Source: Candidatus Puniceispirillales bacterium (lineage in GTDB: Bacteria > Pseudomonadota > Alphaproteobacteria > Puniceispirillales > UBA1172). From it: a DNA stretch of 64,000 nucleotides. Shown here piece after piece: positions 9,002 to 18,836 of the stretch (its first letter is position 1; each line of letters begins with the position of its first letter). Location of the stretch: the NCBI GenBank assembly GCA_965660675.1, contig CBFIAU010000011.1:12379-76378 (forward strand), written 5' to 3'. The notes below the pieces were generated by a model. That model had not been told where the DNA came from and ran no database searches. It saw nothing but the letters and a program-made list of their open reading frames with translations. Made by a program: the position numbers and the translations under genes.

Positions 9002-10994
9002 TGCTTTCCTCATCAGCCAAATCCTTAGCGCTGATATCCTTAGCGGCATATAGAGCGCGATAAGCTCCCCATGCGCGCATGATATCAACCGCGAATTGGC
9101 GACTTTCTTCAACCAAGCCAGCATCATAAAGCGCTTTCGCCAGAACCGCTGCGTCATCACGGCTTAACTCATGCAAGGGGGTATTTTGAAGAATAGCGGC
9201 AAGCATCAGCACCGTTTCCGCCGGACGATCACGCGCCGGATGTTGAGACAGCAGCACCATTTCAGGATAGGCCAGAACAACTGATCCAGAAGCCAGATTA
9301 GGACGATTGGCAAATTGGTCAATCGCGGCTAGTGGCTCTACCGAGACGCCAACGCTGTTAAGCAAAGGCATAGCATCCTGTGCATTGATATTGCGCAACA
9401 TATCTTGCGAGATATAGCCAGCCATAACGTCAGATGCCAGCTGTTGCCATGCCACATGATCAGGGCCGGTGATGATATCAGCAGGCAGGGGATAATCAGC
9501 AATGACGAGCAGCATGACAGCTTGATTGACTTTCAGCCGCGTTTGTTCATTTTCGGGTGTCAGGTCAGTGATCGCATCAGCCAGATGCGGCGCCCATATA
9601 TCAAGCGCCTCAGCGCCTATGCGGCCAAAGTCATGCTCAAGCGCCATCAGTGTCATATCTAATTTTTCGACAGCATTTTCGGTTGATAACAAGCTATGCC
9701 ACAACATAATGCGCTGGCTAGCCTCAGTGAAACGATCTTTATCAAGGTTGGTCTGATCGGTAAATTGCGTCATCGCCAACGACAAATTAATCGCATTTTG
9801 CGGAATATAAGGCCATTCGATCATCTGTTCTTCTATTGGTTTAAGCCGCAAATGCTGATTAACGCCGAACTGATAATATGCTGTTTCAGGATTGAGGTAG
9901 CCTAATTGGCTTAGGCTCTGGCTCAATTCTATGGGCATATTTTGCCGGTTATCCAGCGAGATCATAATATTGTCTAAATCCATCAATGCCATATTCAGGC
10001 CCGTTGGCACAATCGGCGCATCCATTTTAGCAGTGGTGCCATCAATGCGGGCGCGCAGAACATTAAAAAATAGCTCATCCTCAATGCCGCGCTCTTGGAG
10101 CAAATCAAGCTGAAAACTGGCCAGCGAATCTTCACCCGATAACAAGGCACAGAAAATCTGAACCTTGGATAAATAATCATTATCCAAAGATGAATTAAAG
10201 GAAAGCTCCCGCAAGCGATCGACTTTCAGGCATACTTTAGCATCATTTTTTGTGATCAGATCATGATCAATGGAAACCATTGCCCATGATGCCCATTTCT
10301 CATCTTCGGGGAGCTGCCGGGCTAATTGCACCAGCGCCTCCGATAAGCCCTGATCACGCAGCCATTGGAGCTTATGGTTTACAAAAATATCAGCATTTTG
10401 GGTTGCCCCTTTAGGCGGGATCGCGCGTGAGATCATGACATGCCGCAACATGTCATCAAGCCGCTGTGATGATAGGCGTGCAGGCAGGCGTTCCATCAAC
10501 AGAATGACGTCAGAGGCCTCACTGTTTTGCCACATAGTTCGGCTTAAAACCCCTCGCGCTTCGGTATCAATGCCAATGGTGGCGAGCATGACCCCCTTGG
10601 GGTCTTTATTGCTAAGCGAAACCGAGGGCACACTGCGGTTGGATGTGATCGTTGTTTGCACATCCGCCCCATCATCATTTATCCCGCTATCATTTGTCTT
10701 TTCCGTATTTGCCTGGGGGAAAATAATATCATCGTCATTTTGGAAAATACTCGCCCCTGTCGCATCAGTGTCATCCGTACTGTCCAGATCAAATGAAAAT
10801 TGCGAAATATCTTGATCCGTTTGCGTTACGCTTTCAAGTGACACTGTTGCGGGCGCATCAGCTTCAACGCCTAATTGACCTGTGATATCAAGCGCACCAT
10901 CAGATTGCGCTATCGCCATCCCATATGGCATGACTAAGCATGCAATCATCCAACTATATTGATATTTGATGAAAGCTTTCTTTCTACTAACCAT
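8985..10994 (-). CDS. Secreted protein of unknown function (669 aa): acidic Asp/Thr-rich linker plus a long helical region
   Basis: The track ORF runs to 11177. I prefer ATG 10994 (MVSRKKAFIKYQYSWMIACLVMPYGMAIAQS, signal-peptide-like), which avoids overlap with divergent aroK. No family recognised. The stop overlaps the xerD start by 17 nt. Confidence 0.65.
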   Translation of the reverse strand: MVSRKKAFIKYQYSWMIACLVMPYGMAIAQSDGALDITGQLGVEADAPATVSLESVTQTDQDISQFSFDLDSTDDTDATGASIFQNDDDIIFPQANTEKTNDSGINDDGADVQTTITSNRSVPSVSLSNKDPKGVMLATIGIDTEARGVLSRTMWQNSEASDVILLMERLPARLSSQRLDDMLRHVMISRAIPPKGATQNADIFVNHKLQWLRDQGLSEALVQLARQLPEDEKWASWAMVSIDHDLITKNDAKVCLKVDRLRELSFNSSLDNDYLSKVQIFCALLSGEDSLASFQLDLLQERGIEDELFFNVLRARIDGTTAKMDAPIVPTGLNMALMDLDNIMISLDNRQNMPIELSQSLSQLGYLNPETAYYQFGVNQHLRLKPIEEQMIEWPYIPQNAINLSLAMTQFTDQTNLDKDRFTEASQRIMLWHSLLSTENAVEKLDMTLMALEHDFGRIGAEALDIWAPHLADAITDLTPENEQTRLKVNQAVMLLVIADYPLPADIITGPDHVAWQQLASDVMAGYISQDMLRNINAQDAMPLLNSVGVSVEPLAAIDQFANRPNLASGSVVLAYPEMVLLSQHPARDRPAETVLMLAAILQNTPLHELSRDDAAVLAKALYDAGLVEESRQFAVDIMRAWGAYRALYAAKDISAKDLADEESNGTAS

Positions 10995-11145
10995 CCTAAA
11001 ACCCCATTCTTTTCCACCAAAACGATATTCTTTATCATGATCATTGCTGACAATGTTAACAGATAGCATTATAAAGCTATTATGTCGGTAATGAGGCAAA
11101 AAACCAACAATGTCGCGATACAATATCGTGATAAAATGAATACTG

Positions 11146-11751
11146 ATGTGTTTTATGGAGGCAAAACCCTTGGCCAATCAAGACGAAATGGCTGACCATC
11201 TGATCAATAAAATGACCCGGAATATTGTTCTGGTAGGTCATATGGGATCAGGTAAGACCAATGTTGGTCGCCTGCTTGCGCAAAAACTTGAGCTCAATTT
11301 TGTCGATAGCGATAAGGTCATTGAAGATGTGGCAGGGATTAGCATTGTTGATATTTTTGATCTTTATGGCGAAGATGAGTTTCGCAAGCTGGAATTGCGT
11401 GAGATTGCAACATTGCTTGACCAACGCCCCTTTCAGATCATATCTGTTGGTGGCGGTGCCTTTGTCCAGCCAGATTGCCACAAAATCATTAAGGAAAAAG
11501 GGCTTTCGATCTGGCTTCAGGCCGCACCAGAAACATTAGTCTCCCGGATGAGTAATTTTTCTAGCCGCCCTTTATTAAAAGACAAAGACCCATTAACTGT
11601 ATTGAAACAATTATCAAAGAAACGTGATCCTTATTTTGAAAAAGCTGATCTGATCGTCAATACGGACAGATTGGAATTAACCGATTCAACGCAAAAAGTC
11701 ATGGATAGCCTAGACCATTTCATAAACCAGCAAACAGGATCACCATCATGA
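11146..11751 (+). CDS. aroK: Shikimate kinase
   Basis: NIVLVGHMGSGKTNVGRLLAQKL P-loop, DSD, GGGA motifs. Start uncertain (ATG at 11146, 11188 or 11212). Confidence 0.9.
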   Translation: MCFMEAKPLANQDEMADHLINKMTRNIVLVGHMGSGKTNVGRLLAQKLELNFVDSDKVIEDVAGISIVDIFDLYGEDEFRKLELREIATLLDQRPFQIISVGGGAFVQPDCHKIIKEKGLSIWLQAAPETLVSRMSNFSSRPLLKDKDPLTVLKQLSKKRDPYFEKADLIVNTDRLELTDSTQKVMDSLDHFINQQTGSPS

Positions 11752-12965
11752 CATCGAGTGATCATATTCTTGCCAGTGATGGCTTGGTCAATGTCAACTT
11801 GGGTGAGCGCAGTTATGACATCACGATAGGCCATGGCATCCTTGCCAAAGCGGCGGATATCCTGGCGCCATTTATCACTGGAAGAAAGGTCATTATTGTT
11901 GCTGATGAAGCGGTTACTGAGCCTTGGTTGACTGGCCAGATTGGACAGATTGGGCTGACTGGCCAGATTGGGCTTGAGGCATCGCTGGCACCGATAGCAA
12001 CGTGCCATTCTATCACCACATCAGGCGGTGAGGCAGCAAAGTCTTTCACGCGCTATGCTGAGCTGATGAATAATGCGCTTGATCTTGGCATAGATCGCCA
12101 GACCGTTATCATTGCGGTAGGTGGCGGCGTTATTGGCGATTTAGCCGGATTTATGGCGGCTAGTCTGTTACGCGGCTGTGATTTTATCCAGATACCGACC
12201 ACATTATTGGCGCAAGTCGATAGTTCTGTTGGCGGCAAGACAGGCATTAATGCAAATGCCGGGAAAAATTTGGTTGGCGCGTTTCATCAACCAAAAGCTG
12301 TGCTAATTGATACCGCCTGCCTGAGCACATTGAGTGATCGTGAGATGCGCGCTGGCTATGCTGAGGTTGTCAAATATGGTCTGCTGGGTGATGCTGCGTT
12401 CTTTGACTGGCTAGATACCAACGGCGCGGCTATCCTCAGCCAAGAGCCTGATATTCTGGCTGAGGCGATCAGGCGATGTTGCCAAGCCAAGGCAGATATT
12501 GTGGCCGCCGATGAGAAAGAAGCCGGATTACGGGCATTGCTTAATCTTGGCCATACTTTTGCTCATGCTTTTGAAGCTGAGGCCGGATATGACGGCCGCT
12601 TGCTGCATGGTGAGGCGGTGGCGGCGGGCATGTGTCATGCCTTTGCTTTATCACGCCGGCTAGGTCTGACAGACGGGCAATCCTGTCATCGGGTGGCTAA
12701 CCATTTAACGAAGCATGGTCTGCCATCCTGGCGCAGTGATCTGCCATATGATGTGGCACATGCCAGTGCTGACCAGCTCATTGATCACATGACCAAAGAT
12801 AAAAAAGCTAGTGATGGCCAGCTTAATTTTGTGCTTGTTCGCGGCATTGGTGATGCGTTTGTTGAAAAAGGCATATCACGCGCCGATGTCAAAGCCGTGC
12901 TTGATGCCAATACTATGAATGATAGCATTATGGATGATAGCATTATGAATGAGGACATGACATGA
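11748..12965 (+). CDS. aroB: 3-dehydroquinate synthase, with two in-frame short tandem repeat insertions
   Basis: VNLGERSYDITIG..., GGGVIGDLAGFMAASLLRGCDFIQIPTTLLAQVDSSVGGKTGIN, LNLGHTFAHA. ATGA overlap with aroK. Confidence 0.93.
   Translation: MTSSDHILASDGLVNVNLGERSYDITIGHGILAKAADILAPFITGRKVIIVADEAVTEPWLTGQIGQIGLTGQIGLEASLAPIATCHSITTSGGEAAKSFTRYAELMNNALDLGIDRQTVIIAVGGGVIGDLAGFMAASLLRGCDFIQIPTTLLAQVDSSVGGKTGINANAGKNLVGAFHQPKAVLIDTACLSTLSDREMRAGYAEVVKYGLLGDAAFFDWLDTNGAAILSQEPDILAEAIRRCCQAKADIVAADEKEAGLRALLNLGHTFAHAFEAEAGYDGRLLHGEAVAAGMCHAFALSRRLGLTDGQSCHRVANHLTKHGLPSWRSDLPYDVAHASADQLIDHMTKDKKASDGQLNFVLVRGIGDAFVEKGISRADVKAVLDANTMNDSIMDDSIMNEDMT
11928..11972 (+). repeat. In-frame tandem repeat inside aroB encoding L-TGQIG-QIG-L-TGQIG
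   Basis: TTGACTGGCCAGATTGG / ACAGATTGGG / CTGACTGGCCAGATTGGG read directly. Lies in a region that is shorter and non-repetitive in E. coli AroB as I recall it. Confidence 0.85.
12915..12959 (+). repeat. In-frame 15-nt x3 tandem repeat at the aroB C-terminus (MNDSI/MDDSI/MNEDM)
   Basis: ATGAATGATAGCATT / ATGGATGATAGCATT / ATGAATGAGGACATG, immediately before the stop and the overlapping start of the next gene. Confidence 0.85.
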
Positions 12966-14263
12966 CCATGTTATCCTTAATCATCACTGCCGTGATTATC
13001 ATTATTTTGCTGGTCGCATCAGCCTTTTTTTCAAGCTCAGAAACCGCCTTAACCGCCGCCTCAGAAGCACGCATGCGCGCCCTTGCCGCGAAAGGCAATG
13101 ATCGGGCATCCGCATTTGAGCGCCTTAGTCAGCATCGTGATCTGCTGATCAGCAGTTTGTTGATCGGCAATAATCTGGTTAATGTATTGGCGACATCATT
13201 GGCTACTAGCGTCATGATCACCTTATTGGGCGAGTCTGGTGTTGTCATTGCGACTATTTTGATGACGATCATCTTAGTGCTTTTTGCGGAGGTTATCCCG
13301 AAAACATTTGCTATTAATCACGCTGATAATTTTGCCTTGTCAGTTTCTCGCCCTGTTGCTGTGATTGTTTTCTTGCTCAAGCCATTTAGCATCAGCCTAC
13401 GCTGGATTGTTAATGTTATCATCGGCAAATCCAACAGTAATGCGGTTGACCGCGAAGAAGAATTGCGGGGCTTGATTGAAATACATGCGAGCGGCAGTGA
13501 TGAGGATGCCCGCGAGCAAAGCGCCATGCTCTCAAGCGTTCTTGATTTGGGTGAAGTGATGGTTGATGAGGTCATGACTCACCGCGCTTCTGTTGCTATG
13601 ATAGATGCCAGTCTGGATATCGAAGCGGTGTTTATGCAGGTCATGGCATCACCTTACACGCGGCATCCGGTCTATTCAGGAAAGCAAGACAATATTATTG
13701 GCGTTTTGCATGTCAAAGCTTTACTTCGCGCCATGGGTGAGGCGGCAAATAATAAAAAACTGGATCATATTACGATTACCGATATTACCGCTGAGCCATA
13801 TTTTGTTCCTGAGACTACCTTGCTGATGAACCAGTTGCAGTCATTTCGCCAACGCCGTGAGCATTTTGCTGTCGTTGTTGATGAATATGGCGATTTTCGC
13901 GGCATTGTTACATTAGAGGATATTCTGGAAGAAATTGTCGGTGAGATTGATGATGAACATGACGAAAGCATCACAGGTATCTGGCCACAAGATGATGGGT
14001 CATGGATCATCGAAGGTGATACGACTATTCGGGATATCAACAGAGCGCTTGATTTTAACTTGCCTGATGATGATGCCTCAACCTTGGCTGGATTAGTGTT
14101 AAATGAGTCTCGGACAATCCCTCTGCCAGGGCAAGAGTTTCGGTTTTATCAGGTGCGGTTCCGTATTTTACGGCGGCATCGCAATAAAATTGAACGTGTT
14201 CGGATCTGGCCTGAGCCAAATCTATCAAATGAGACTAAACGAAAATCAGAGGAGCCGAAGTAA
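12962..14263 (+). CDS. HlyC/CorC (CNNM) family transporter: DUF21 membrane domain, CBS pair, CorC_HlyC domain
   Basis: 433 aa. N-terminal TM helices with SSSETALTA, a CBS region, and the C-terminal transporter-associated domain IIEGDTTIRDINRAL...LAGLVL. ATGA overlap with aroB. Confidence 0.85.
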   Translation: MTMLSLIITAVIIIILLVASAFFSSSETALTAASEARMRALAAKGNDRASAFERLSQHRDLLISSLLIGNNLVNVLATSLATSVMITLLGESGVVIATILMTIILVLFAEVIPKTFAINHADNFALSVSRPVAVIVFLLKPFSISLRWIVNVIIGKSNSNAVDREEELRGLIEIHASGSDEDAREQSAMLSSVLDLGEVMVDEVMTHRASVAMIDASLDIEAVFMQVMASPYTRHPVYSGKQDNIIGVLHVKALLRAMGEAANNKKLDHITITDITAEPYFVPETTLLMNQLQSFRQRREHFAVVVDEYGDFRGIVTLEDILEEIVGEIDDEHDESITGIWPQDDGSWIIEGDTTIRDINRALDFNLPDDDASTLAGLVLNESRTIPLPGQEFRFYQVRFRILRRHRNKIERVRIWPEPNLSNETKRKSEEPK

Positions 14264-14826
14264 TGTCTAACCAGCGCCACCATGTCCATCGCCGCAGCAT
14301 CACCTTAGATGGTTATGTGCGGGATGATGGCTTAATTGAGGTCGAAGCAGAATTGACCGATGTCAAAACTTACGGATTTCCCAGTGCAGATCGCGGTTAC
14401 GTTGACGCCAATGAGCCTATTCACCATATGCGGGTCAGGGTTGCCGTTAATCATGATTTAGAAGTCTGTGAAGCTGAGGCCAAAACCATTGCTGGGCCTT
14501 ATCATATCTGCCCTAAAGCGAATGATGTTTTCCCGGAGCTGGTGGGCTTAAAAATTGCCTCCGGCTGGCGCCATAAGGTCAGGTCAGCCATTGGCGGCAG
14601 AAAAGGCTGTACGCATATCACAGAATTGATGGGGCCTGTCGCTACGGTTATCATGCAGACCCATTATGGGGAAGAATCGCGGCGTGCCCGTGATGATAAA
14701 ACCGGGCAAATGGATATGTCAGACAGTCAATCTTACAAAGGTCTTATTAATACATGCGTTGGTTATGATGAAGATGGCGATGTTGTGAAGAAAGTCTTTC
14801 CTAATGGCATTGATGCCCCAAATTAG
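14263..14826 (+). CDS. DUF2889 family protein
   Basis: 187 aa. Pattern HHMRVRVAVNHDLEVCEAEA...GRKGCTHITELMGPVATV matches my recollection of DUF2889. Start overlaps the upstream stop (TAATG). Confidence 0.6.
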   Translation: MSNQRHHVHRRSITLDGYVRDDGLIEVEAELTDVKTYGFPSADRGYVDANEPIHHMRVRVAVNHDLEVCEAEAKTIAGPYHICPKANDVFPELVGLKIASGWRHKVRSAIGGRKGCTHITELMGPVATVIMQTHYGEESRRARDDKTGQMDMSDSQSYKGLINTCVGYDEDGDVVKKVFPNGIDAPN

Positions 14827-14869
14827 AAATGTCAGATTAAACTGAGATCAAACACCGTTTAGTTTCGGT

Positions 14870-15124
14870 TTAGATAATGGTGATGCGGAGAGCGTGCAAT
14901 CCATCAGCTAATTCTTGCCCCAAGGCGTCATAAATAGCCCGATGCGCCGCCACTCGGCCAAGCCCCGCAAGACCAGAGGCTGAGATGGTTACCGCAATAT
15001 GAGTGCCGCCGCCTTCGCGCCAGCCAGCGTGTCCGTGATGAGCGTCAGATTCGTCAATAACCTCACATTGTGTGGGCTGAAAATGGGTTTCAAGTTGGGT
15101 TTTTATGCGTTCTGCTCTGGTCAT
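14870..15124 (-). CDS. bolA: BolA family protein
   Basis: 84 aa. ESDAHHGHAGWREGGGTHIAVTISASGLAGLGRVAAHRAIYDAL. Confidence 0.85.
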   Translation of the reverse strand: MTRAERIKTQLETHFQPTQCEVIDESDAHHGHAGWREGGGTHIAVTISASGLAGLGRVAAHRAIYDALGQELADGLHALRITII

Positions 15125-15200
15125 ATGGATATCCTGATTTATGTTTATTTTTTATAACGGCATGGTTGCATGCTATTACCACGAATTATAGTATATAAAG

Positions 15201-15770
15201 ATGAAAAAAAGTTTTGTTTCAACCTCTGATATACCGTCCATGCGAAACAAGCAAAGCATGCCGCGCCAATGCGCTCATGAAGCCTGTTCTGAGGATGGAA
15301 TATATCCAGCACCTAAAACGCGGGAAAACTTGCGCGATTATATCTGGTTTTGTCTGGATCATGTGCGCGAATATAATAAACAATGGAATTATTTTGCTGA
15401 TATGGATGAAACCGATATTGATCAATGCATCCGACGGGCAACGACTTGGGAGCGCCCATCATGGCATTTTGGGACGAACTCTAAAGCGCGCGATTTCGGC
15501 TATCAGTTTGATGACCCGCTAGGATTATTCGGGCAAGATAATATCAACCAGAAAAAGGAACAGCCCATTTCAAAAGAAGAAAAACAGGCCTGGAAAGAAT
15601 TGGAATTAGCGCCCGATACGAAATGGCCTGAGATAAAACAACAATATAAAACCCTTGTCAAAAAGCATCATCCAGACGCAAATGGTGGTGCAAAAGATGC
15701 CGAAGAAAAGCTAAAATCTATCAATCAGGCATTTTCAGTTCTGGAAAAGGCTTATAGCAAATCTATGTAA
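15201..15770 (+). CDS. J-domain protein with an N-terminal Cys/His (zinc-ribbon-like) region
   Basis: C-terminal J domain with HPD ([12 protein letters not shown]...INQAFSVL). N-terminal QCAHEAC...[17 protein letters not shown]. Confidence 0.8.
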   Translation: MKKSFVSTSDIPSMRNKQSMPRQCAHEACSEDGIYPAPKTRENLRDYIWFCLDHVREYNKQWNYFADMDETDIDQCIRRATTWERPSWHFGTNSKARDFGYQFDDPLGLFGQDNINQKKEQPISKEEKQAWKELELAPDTKWPEIKQQYKTLVKKHHPDANGGAKDAEEKLKSINQAFSVLEKAYSKSM

Positions 15771-15861
15771 TCAAAGTATAGATATGTGCTGCAATTTGAT
15801 TTCTTCCATCAGTTCGGTTAAAACGCCAAATACTCTGCCTGATCAACTTATAGGATACCTT

Positions 15862-16875
15862 ATGTCACCAACGCCACAATCGACCGATACGCCGAGCCGC
15901 AAGCCTGCTCATGATTTAGCCGCTCCTGATACAACAGTATCAGCGCGTGAGGCTTTTAACCTTGATATCGACATGGATATTCCTGCCTTCTCATCAAAGT
16001 CTGAATATGTCCCGGATCGTGATGAAAGTTACATTTTTGATCATGATACGACCTTGGCTATTCTAGCGGGTTTTGCCTATAACCGCCGGGTCATGGTGCA
16101 AGGCTATCACGGCACGGGTAAGTCGACGCATATCGAACAAGTGGCGGCACGGCTTAACTGGCCTTGTATCCGGGTTAACTTAGACAGCCATATCAGCCGA
16201 ATTGATCTGATCGGTAAAGACAGCATCGTTCTGCGTGATGGCAAACAAGTGACGGAATTTCGTGAGGGCATTTTGCCGTGGGCATTACAAAATCCAGTGG
16301 CTTTGGTATTTGACGAATATGATGCTGGCCGGGCTGATGTGATGTTCGTTATTCAGCGTGTGCTTGAGGTTGAGGGCAAACTAACTCTGCTAGATACGAA
16401 CCGCGTTATCCGTCCTCATGCTGCGTTTCGGCTATTTGCCACTGCCAATACCATCGGCTTGGGTGACACCACCGGGCTTTATCATGGCACCCAGCAAATC
16501 AACCAGGGCCAGATGGACAGATGGTCAATTGTCTCAACGCTGAATTATCTGCCACATGATGTCGAATGTCAGATTGTTATGGAAAAAACCAAGGCAGCAG
16601 GTAACGCCATTAAAAAGGATATCGCTGATGCGATGGTGAGGCTTGCTGATCTCACCCGAAAAGGCTTTATTGCTGGTGATATTTCAACGGTTATGTCGCC
16701 ACGAACCGTTATTACCTGGGCTGAAAACACGCATATCCTTGGTGATATTAAGCTCGCTTTCCGGCTGTCATTCCTTAATAAATGTGATGAGATGGAACGC
16801 GCCATTGTTGCTGAATATTACCAGCGCTGCTTTGCTGATGAATTGCTAACAGACAGCCAACGGGCGGCAAGCTAA
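15862..16875 (+). CDS. cobS: CobS-type AAA+ ATPase (annotated family: aerobic cobaltochelatase subunit CobS; MoxR-like)
   Basis: Trimmed to ATG 15862 (AGGATA upstream). Walker [18 protein letters not shown], Walker B LVFDEYD. Confidence 0.88.
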   Translation: MSPTPQSTDTPSRKPAHDLAAPDTTVSAREAFNLDIDMDIPAFSSKSEYVPDRDESYIFDHDTTLAILAGFAYNRRVMVQGYHGTGKSTHIEQVAARLNWPCIRVNLDSHISRIDLIGKDSIVLRDGKQVTEFREGILPWALQNPVALVFDEYDAGRADVMFVIQRVLEVEGKLTLLDTNRVIRPHAAFRLFATANTIGLGDTTGLYHGTQQINQGQMDRWSIVSTLNYLPHDVECQIVMEKTKAAGNAIKKDIADAMVRLADLTRKGFIAGDISTVMSPRTVITWAENTHILGDIKLAFRLSFLNKCDEMERAIVAEYYQRCFADELLTDSQRAAS

Positions 16876-16907
16876 GCATCAGATACTAAGGCAAATGTGA
16901 GAGATTA

Positions 16908-18818
16908 ATGGCAAACGATACAGACAATCCGTTCCTTAAATCTACCTCCGCCTGTTTGCGTGCAATGGCTGGCGGAACCCAGCATAACGTCCGCTTCAGC
17001 GGCAACCAGACCGTTATATCTGCGACAGAAATTAGGCTTCCAGCACCTGGCAAAGATGATATTCGTGCTAATACTGATGGCAATGTCACAAAAGGACTAG
17101 CCAGCCAGCCTGATGCCAATATTCGCGGGGCTGCTGATAGCGCGGCATTATGGCTTGCTCATCACAGCGACCGTATCCACCAGGATAAAGCCCCGATGGC
17201 GGTGCAAGCGCGGACTATTTTTGATTCGGTTGAACGGGCGCGGGTAGAGGCGATTGGCGCTAATCATATGCCGGGGGTTGCTACTAATTTGCGCAGCAGT
17301 ACCGAAACCCAATTTGCCCAGACAACGTTACCGCCGCCTGGCCCTGCTGATACCGATGATCAGTCGCAGACCATTGCTAAAGTGGCAAGCTTGCTCATCA
17401 GAGAAGCGTTAACAGGCGAAAAGCCCCCTAAAAGCGTGGCTATGTCTGTTGATTTATGGCGCCCCTGGATTGAAAACCGTGCCGGTGACTTGATTAATCA
17501 GCTTGGCCAGAATGTCGATGATCAAGCCTCTTATGCAGAATTAAGCCGCCAGCTCATCGGCGCCCTGGAAACCGATTTAGGTGATCCTATTGACCCTGAT
17601 GAAGATAATAATGAGGATAATGATAGCGAGGCTGAGGGCGATCAAGGGGAGGATGATAACGCCAATCCGCAAGGTGAGAGTGACGATAGCGATAGCGGCG
17701 ACAGCATGGATCAACCGGGCGAAGCATCTAGTATGGAAGCCTCTGAAGGTGAGGGCGATGGCTCCGAAGAAGATGGTGACACGGCGCTAACCGAGGGTGA
17801 ACAGCCTTCGGGTGAGCAAAATCCTAATCAGCAAAATGACAAAGCCGCCGCCGATTATTATCGTATCTTCACGGAAAGTTTTGATGAAGTGGTTGATGCG
17901 ACCGAATTATGTGATCCGGATGAGTTAACACGGCTCCGCCAGCTCCTCGATAAACAGCTTGATCATCTCAATGGCGTTATTGGAAAACTGGCTAATCGGC
18001 TGCAACGTAAGCTCATGGCGCATCAGAACCGAAGCTGGGATTTTGATCTCGAAGAAGGCATTCTGGATGCAGGCAAATTATCGCGTGTTGTGACCCAGCC
18101 AACGCATCCCCTATCGTATAAAATGGAAAGCGACATTACCTTCCGTGATACGATTGTCACCTTGCTGATTGATAATTCAGGCTCCATGCGTGGCCGGCCC
18201 ATTACTATTGCTGCCGCCGCCGCTGATATTCTGGCACGAACCCTGGAGCGCTGTGGGGTAAAGGTTGAAATTCTTGGTTTCACGACCCGAGCATGGAAAG
18301 GTGGGCAAGCGCGTGAAGCGTGGCAATTGGCCGGCAAACCAACCTATCCGGGGCGCTTGAATGATTTGCGGCATATTATTTATAAATCGGCTGATGCCCC
18401 GATGCGGCGGGCAAGAAAATCATTGGGACTGATGCTTCGTGAGGGCTTGCTCAAAGAAAATATTGATGGTGAGGCATTGCTTTGGGCGCATAACCGTTTA
18501 ATCGCGCGGCAAGAAGAACGCCGCATTCTGATGGTGATTTCTGATGGCGCACCAGTTGACGATTCTACACTTTCTGTTAATCCCGGAAATTATCTGGAAC
18601 GTCACCTGCGGCAAGTCATTGCCTATATTGAAACCCGATCACCTGTCCAGCTAGTTGCAATCGGGATTGGCCATGATGTCACCCGCTATTATGAACGGGC
18701 GGTCACAATCACCGATGTTGATCAGCTCGGCGGTGCCGTTACGACACAACTGGCTGATCTGTTTGATGAGGATACAAAAACCCCACGCGGCAGAGCGCGG
18801 CGCAGAAAAGTGGCGTAA
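16908..18818 (+). CDS. cobT: CobT-type protein: N-terminal CobT domain, acidic low-complexity linker, C-terminal VWA domain
   Basis: 636 aa. D/E-rich tract ([22 protein letters not shown]...). VWA MIDAS-like [11 protein letters not shown]. Confidence 0.88.
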   Translation: MANDTDNPFLKSTSACLRAMAGGTQHNVRFSGNQTVISATEIRLPAPGKDDIRANTDGNVTKGLASQPDANIRGAADSAALWLAHHSDRIHQDKAPMAVQARTIFDSVERARVEAIGANHMPGVATNLRSSTETQFAQTTLPPPGPADTDDQSQTIAKVASLLIREALTGEKPPKSVAMSVDLWRPWIENRAGDLINQLGQNVDDQASYAELSRQLIGALETDLGDPIDPDEDNNEDNDSEAEGDQGEDDNANPQGESDDSDSGDSMDQPGEASSMEASEGEGDGSEEDGDTALTEGEQPSGEQNPNQQNDKAAADYYRIFTESFDEVVDATELCDPDELTRLRQLLDKQLDHLNGVIGKLANRLQRKLMAHQNRSWDFDLEEGILDAGKLSRVVTQPTHPLSYKMESDITFRDTIVTLLIDNSGSMRGRPITIAAAAADILARTLERCGVKVEILGFTTRAWKGGQAREAWQLAGKPTYPGRLNDLRHIIYKSADAPMRRARKSLGLMLREGLLKENIDGEALLWAHNRLIARQEERRILMVISDGAPVDDSTLSVNPGNYLERHLRQVIAYIETRSPVQLVAIGIGHDVTRYYERAVTITDVDQLGGAVTTQLADLFDEDTKTPRGRARRRKVA

Positions 18819-18836
18819 TCAGCCCCTTATCATTAT

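Noticed and set aside
10995-11177. 5' extensions in the ORF track: 8985..11177; xerD to 9160; 4-OT to 40943; slt to 59259; ETF-QO from 60221; cobS from 15784; ctaA from 27810; cysNC to 54606; CoA-transferase to 38533.
   Set aside because: The track takes the longest ATG/GTG/TTG ORF. Internal starts fit better, based on signal peptides, RBS-like sequences, alignment to known N-termini, or avoidance of overlap with neighbouring genes. The exact starts remain unverified.
17560-17830. The acidic low-complexity tract in CobT and the GGM repeats at the GroEL C-terminus (25536-25580) as unusual repeats.
   Set aside because: Both are standard features of these protein families.
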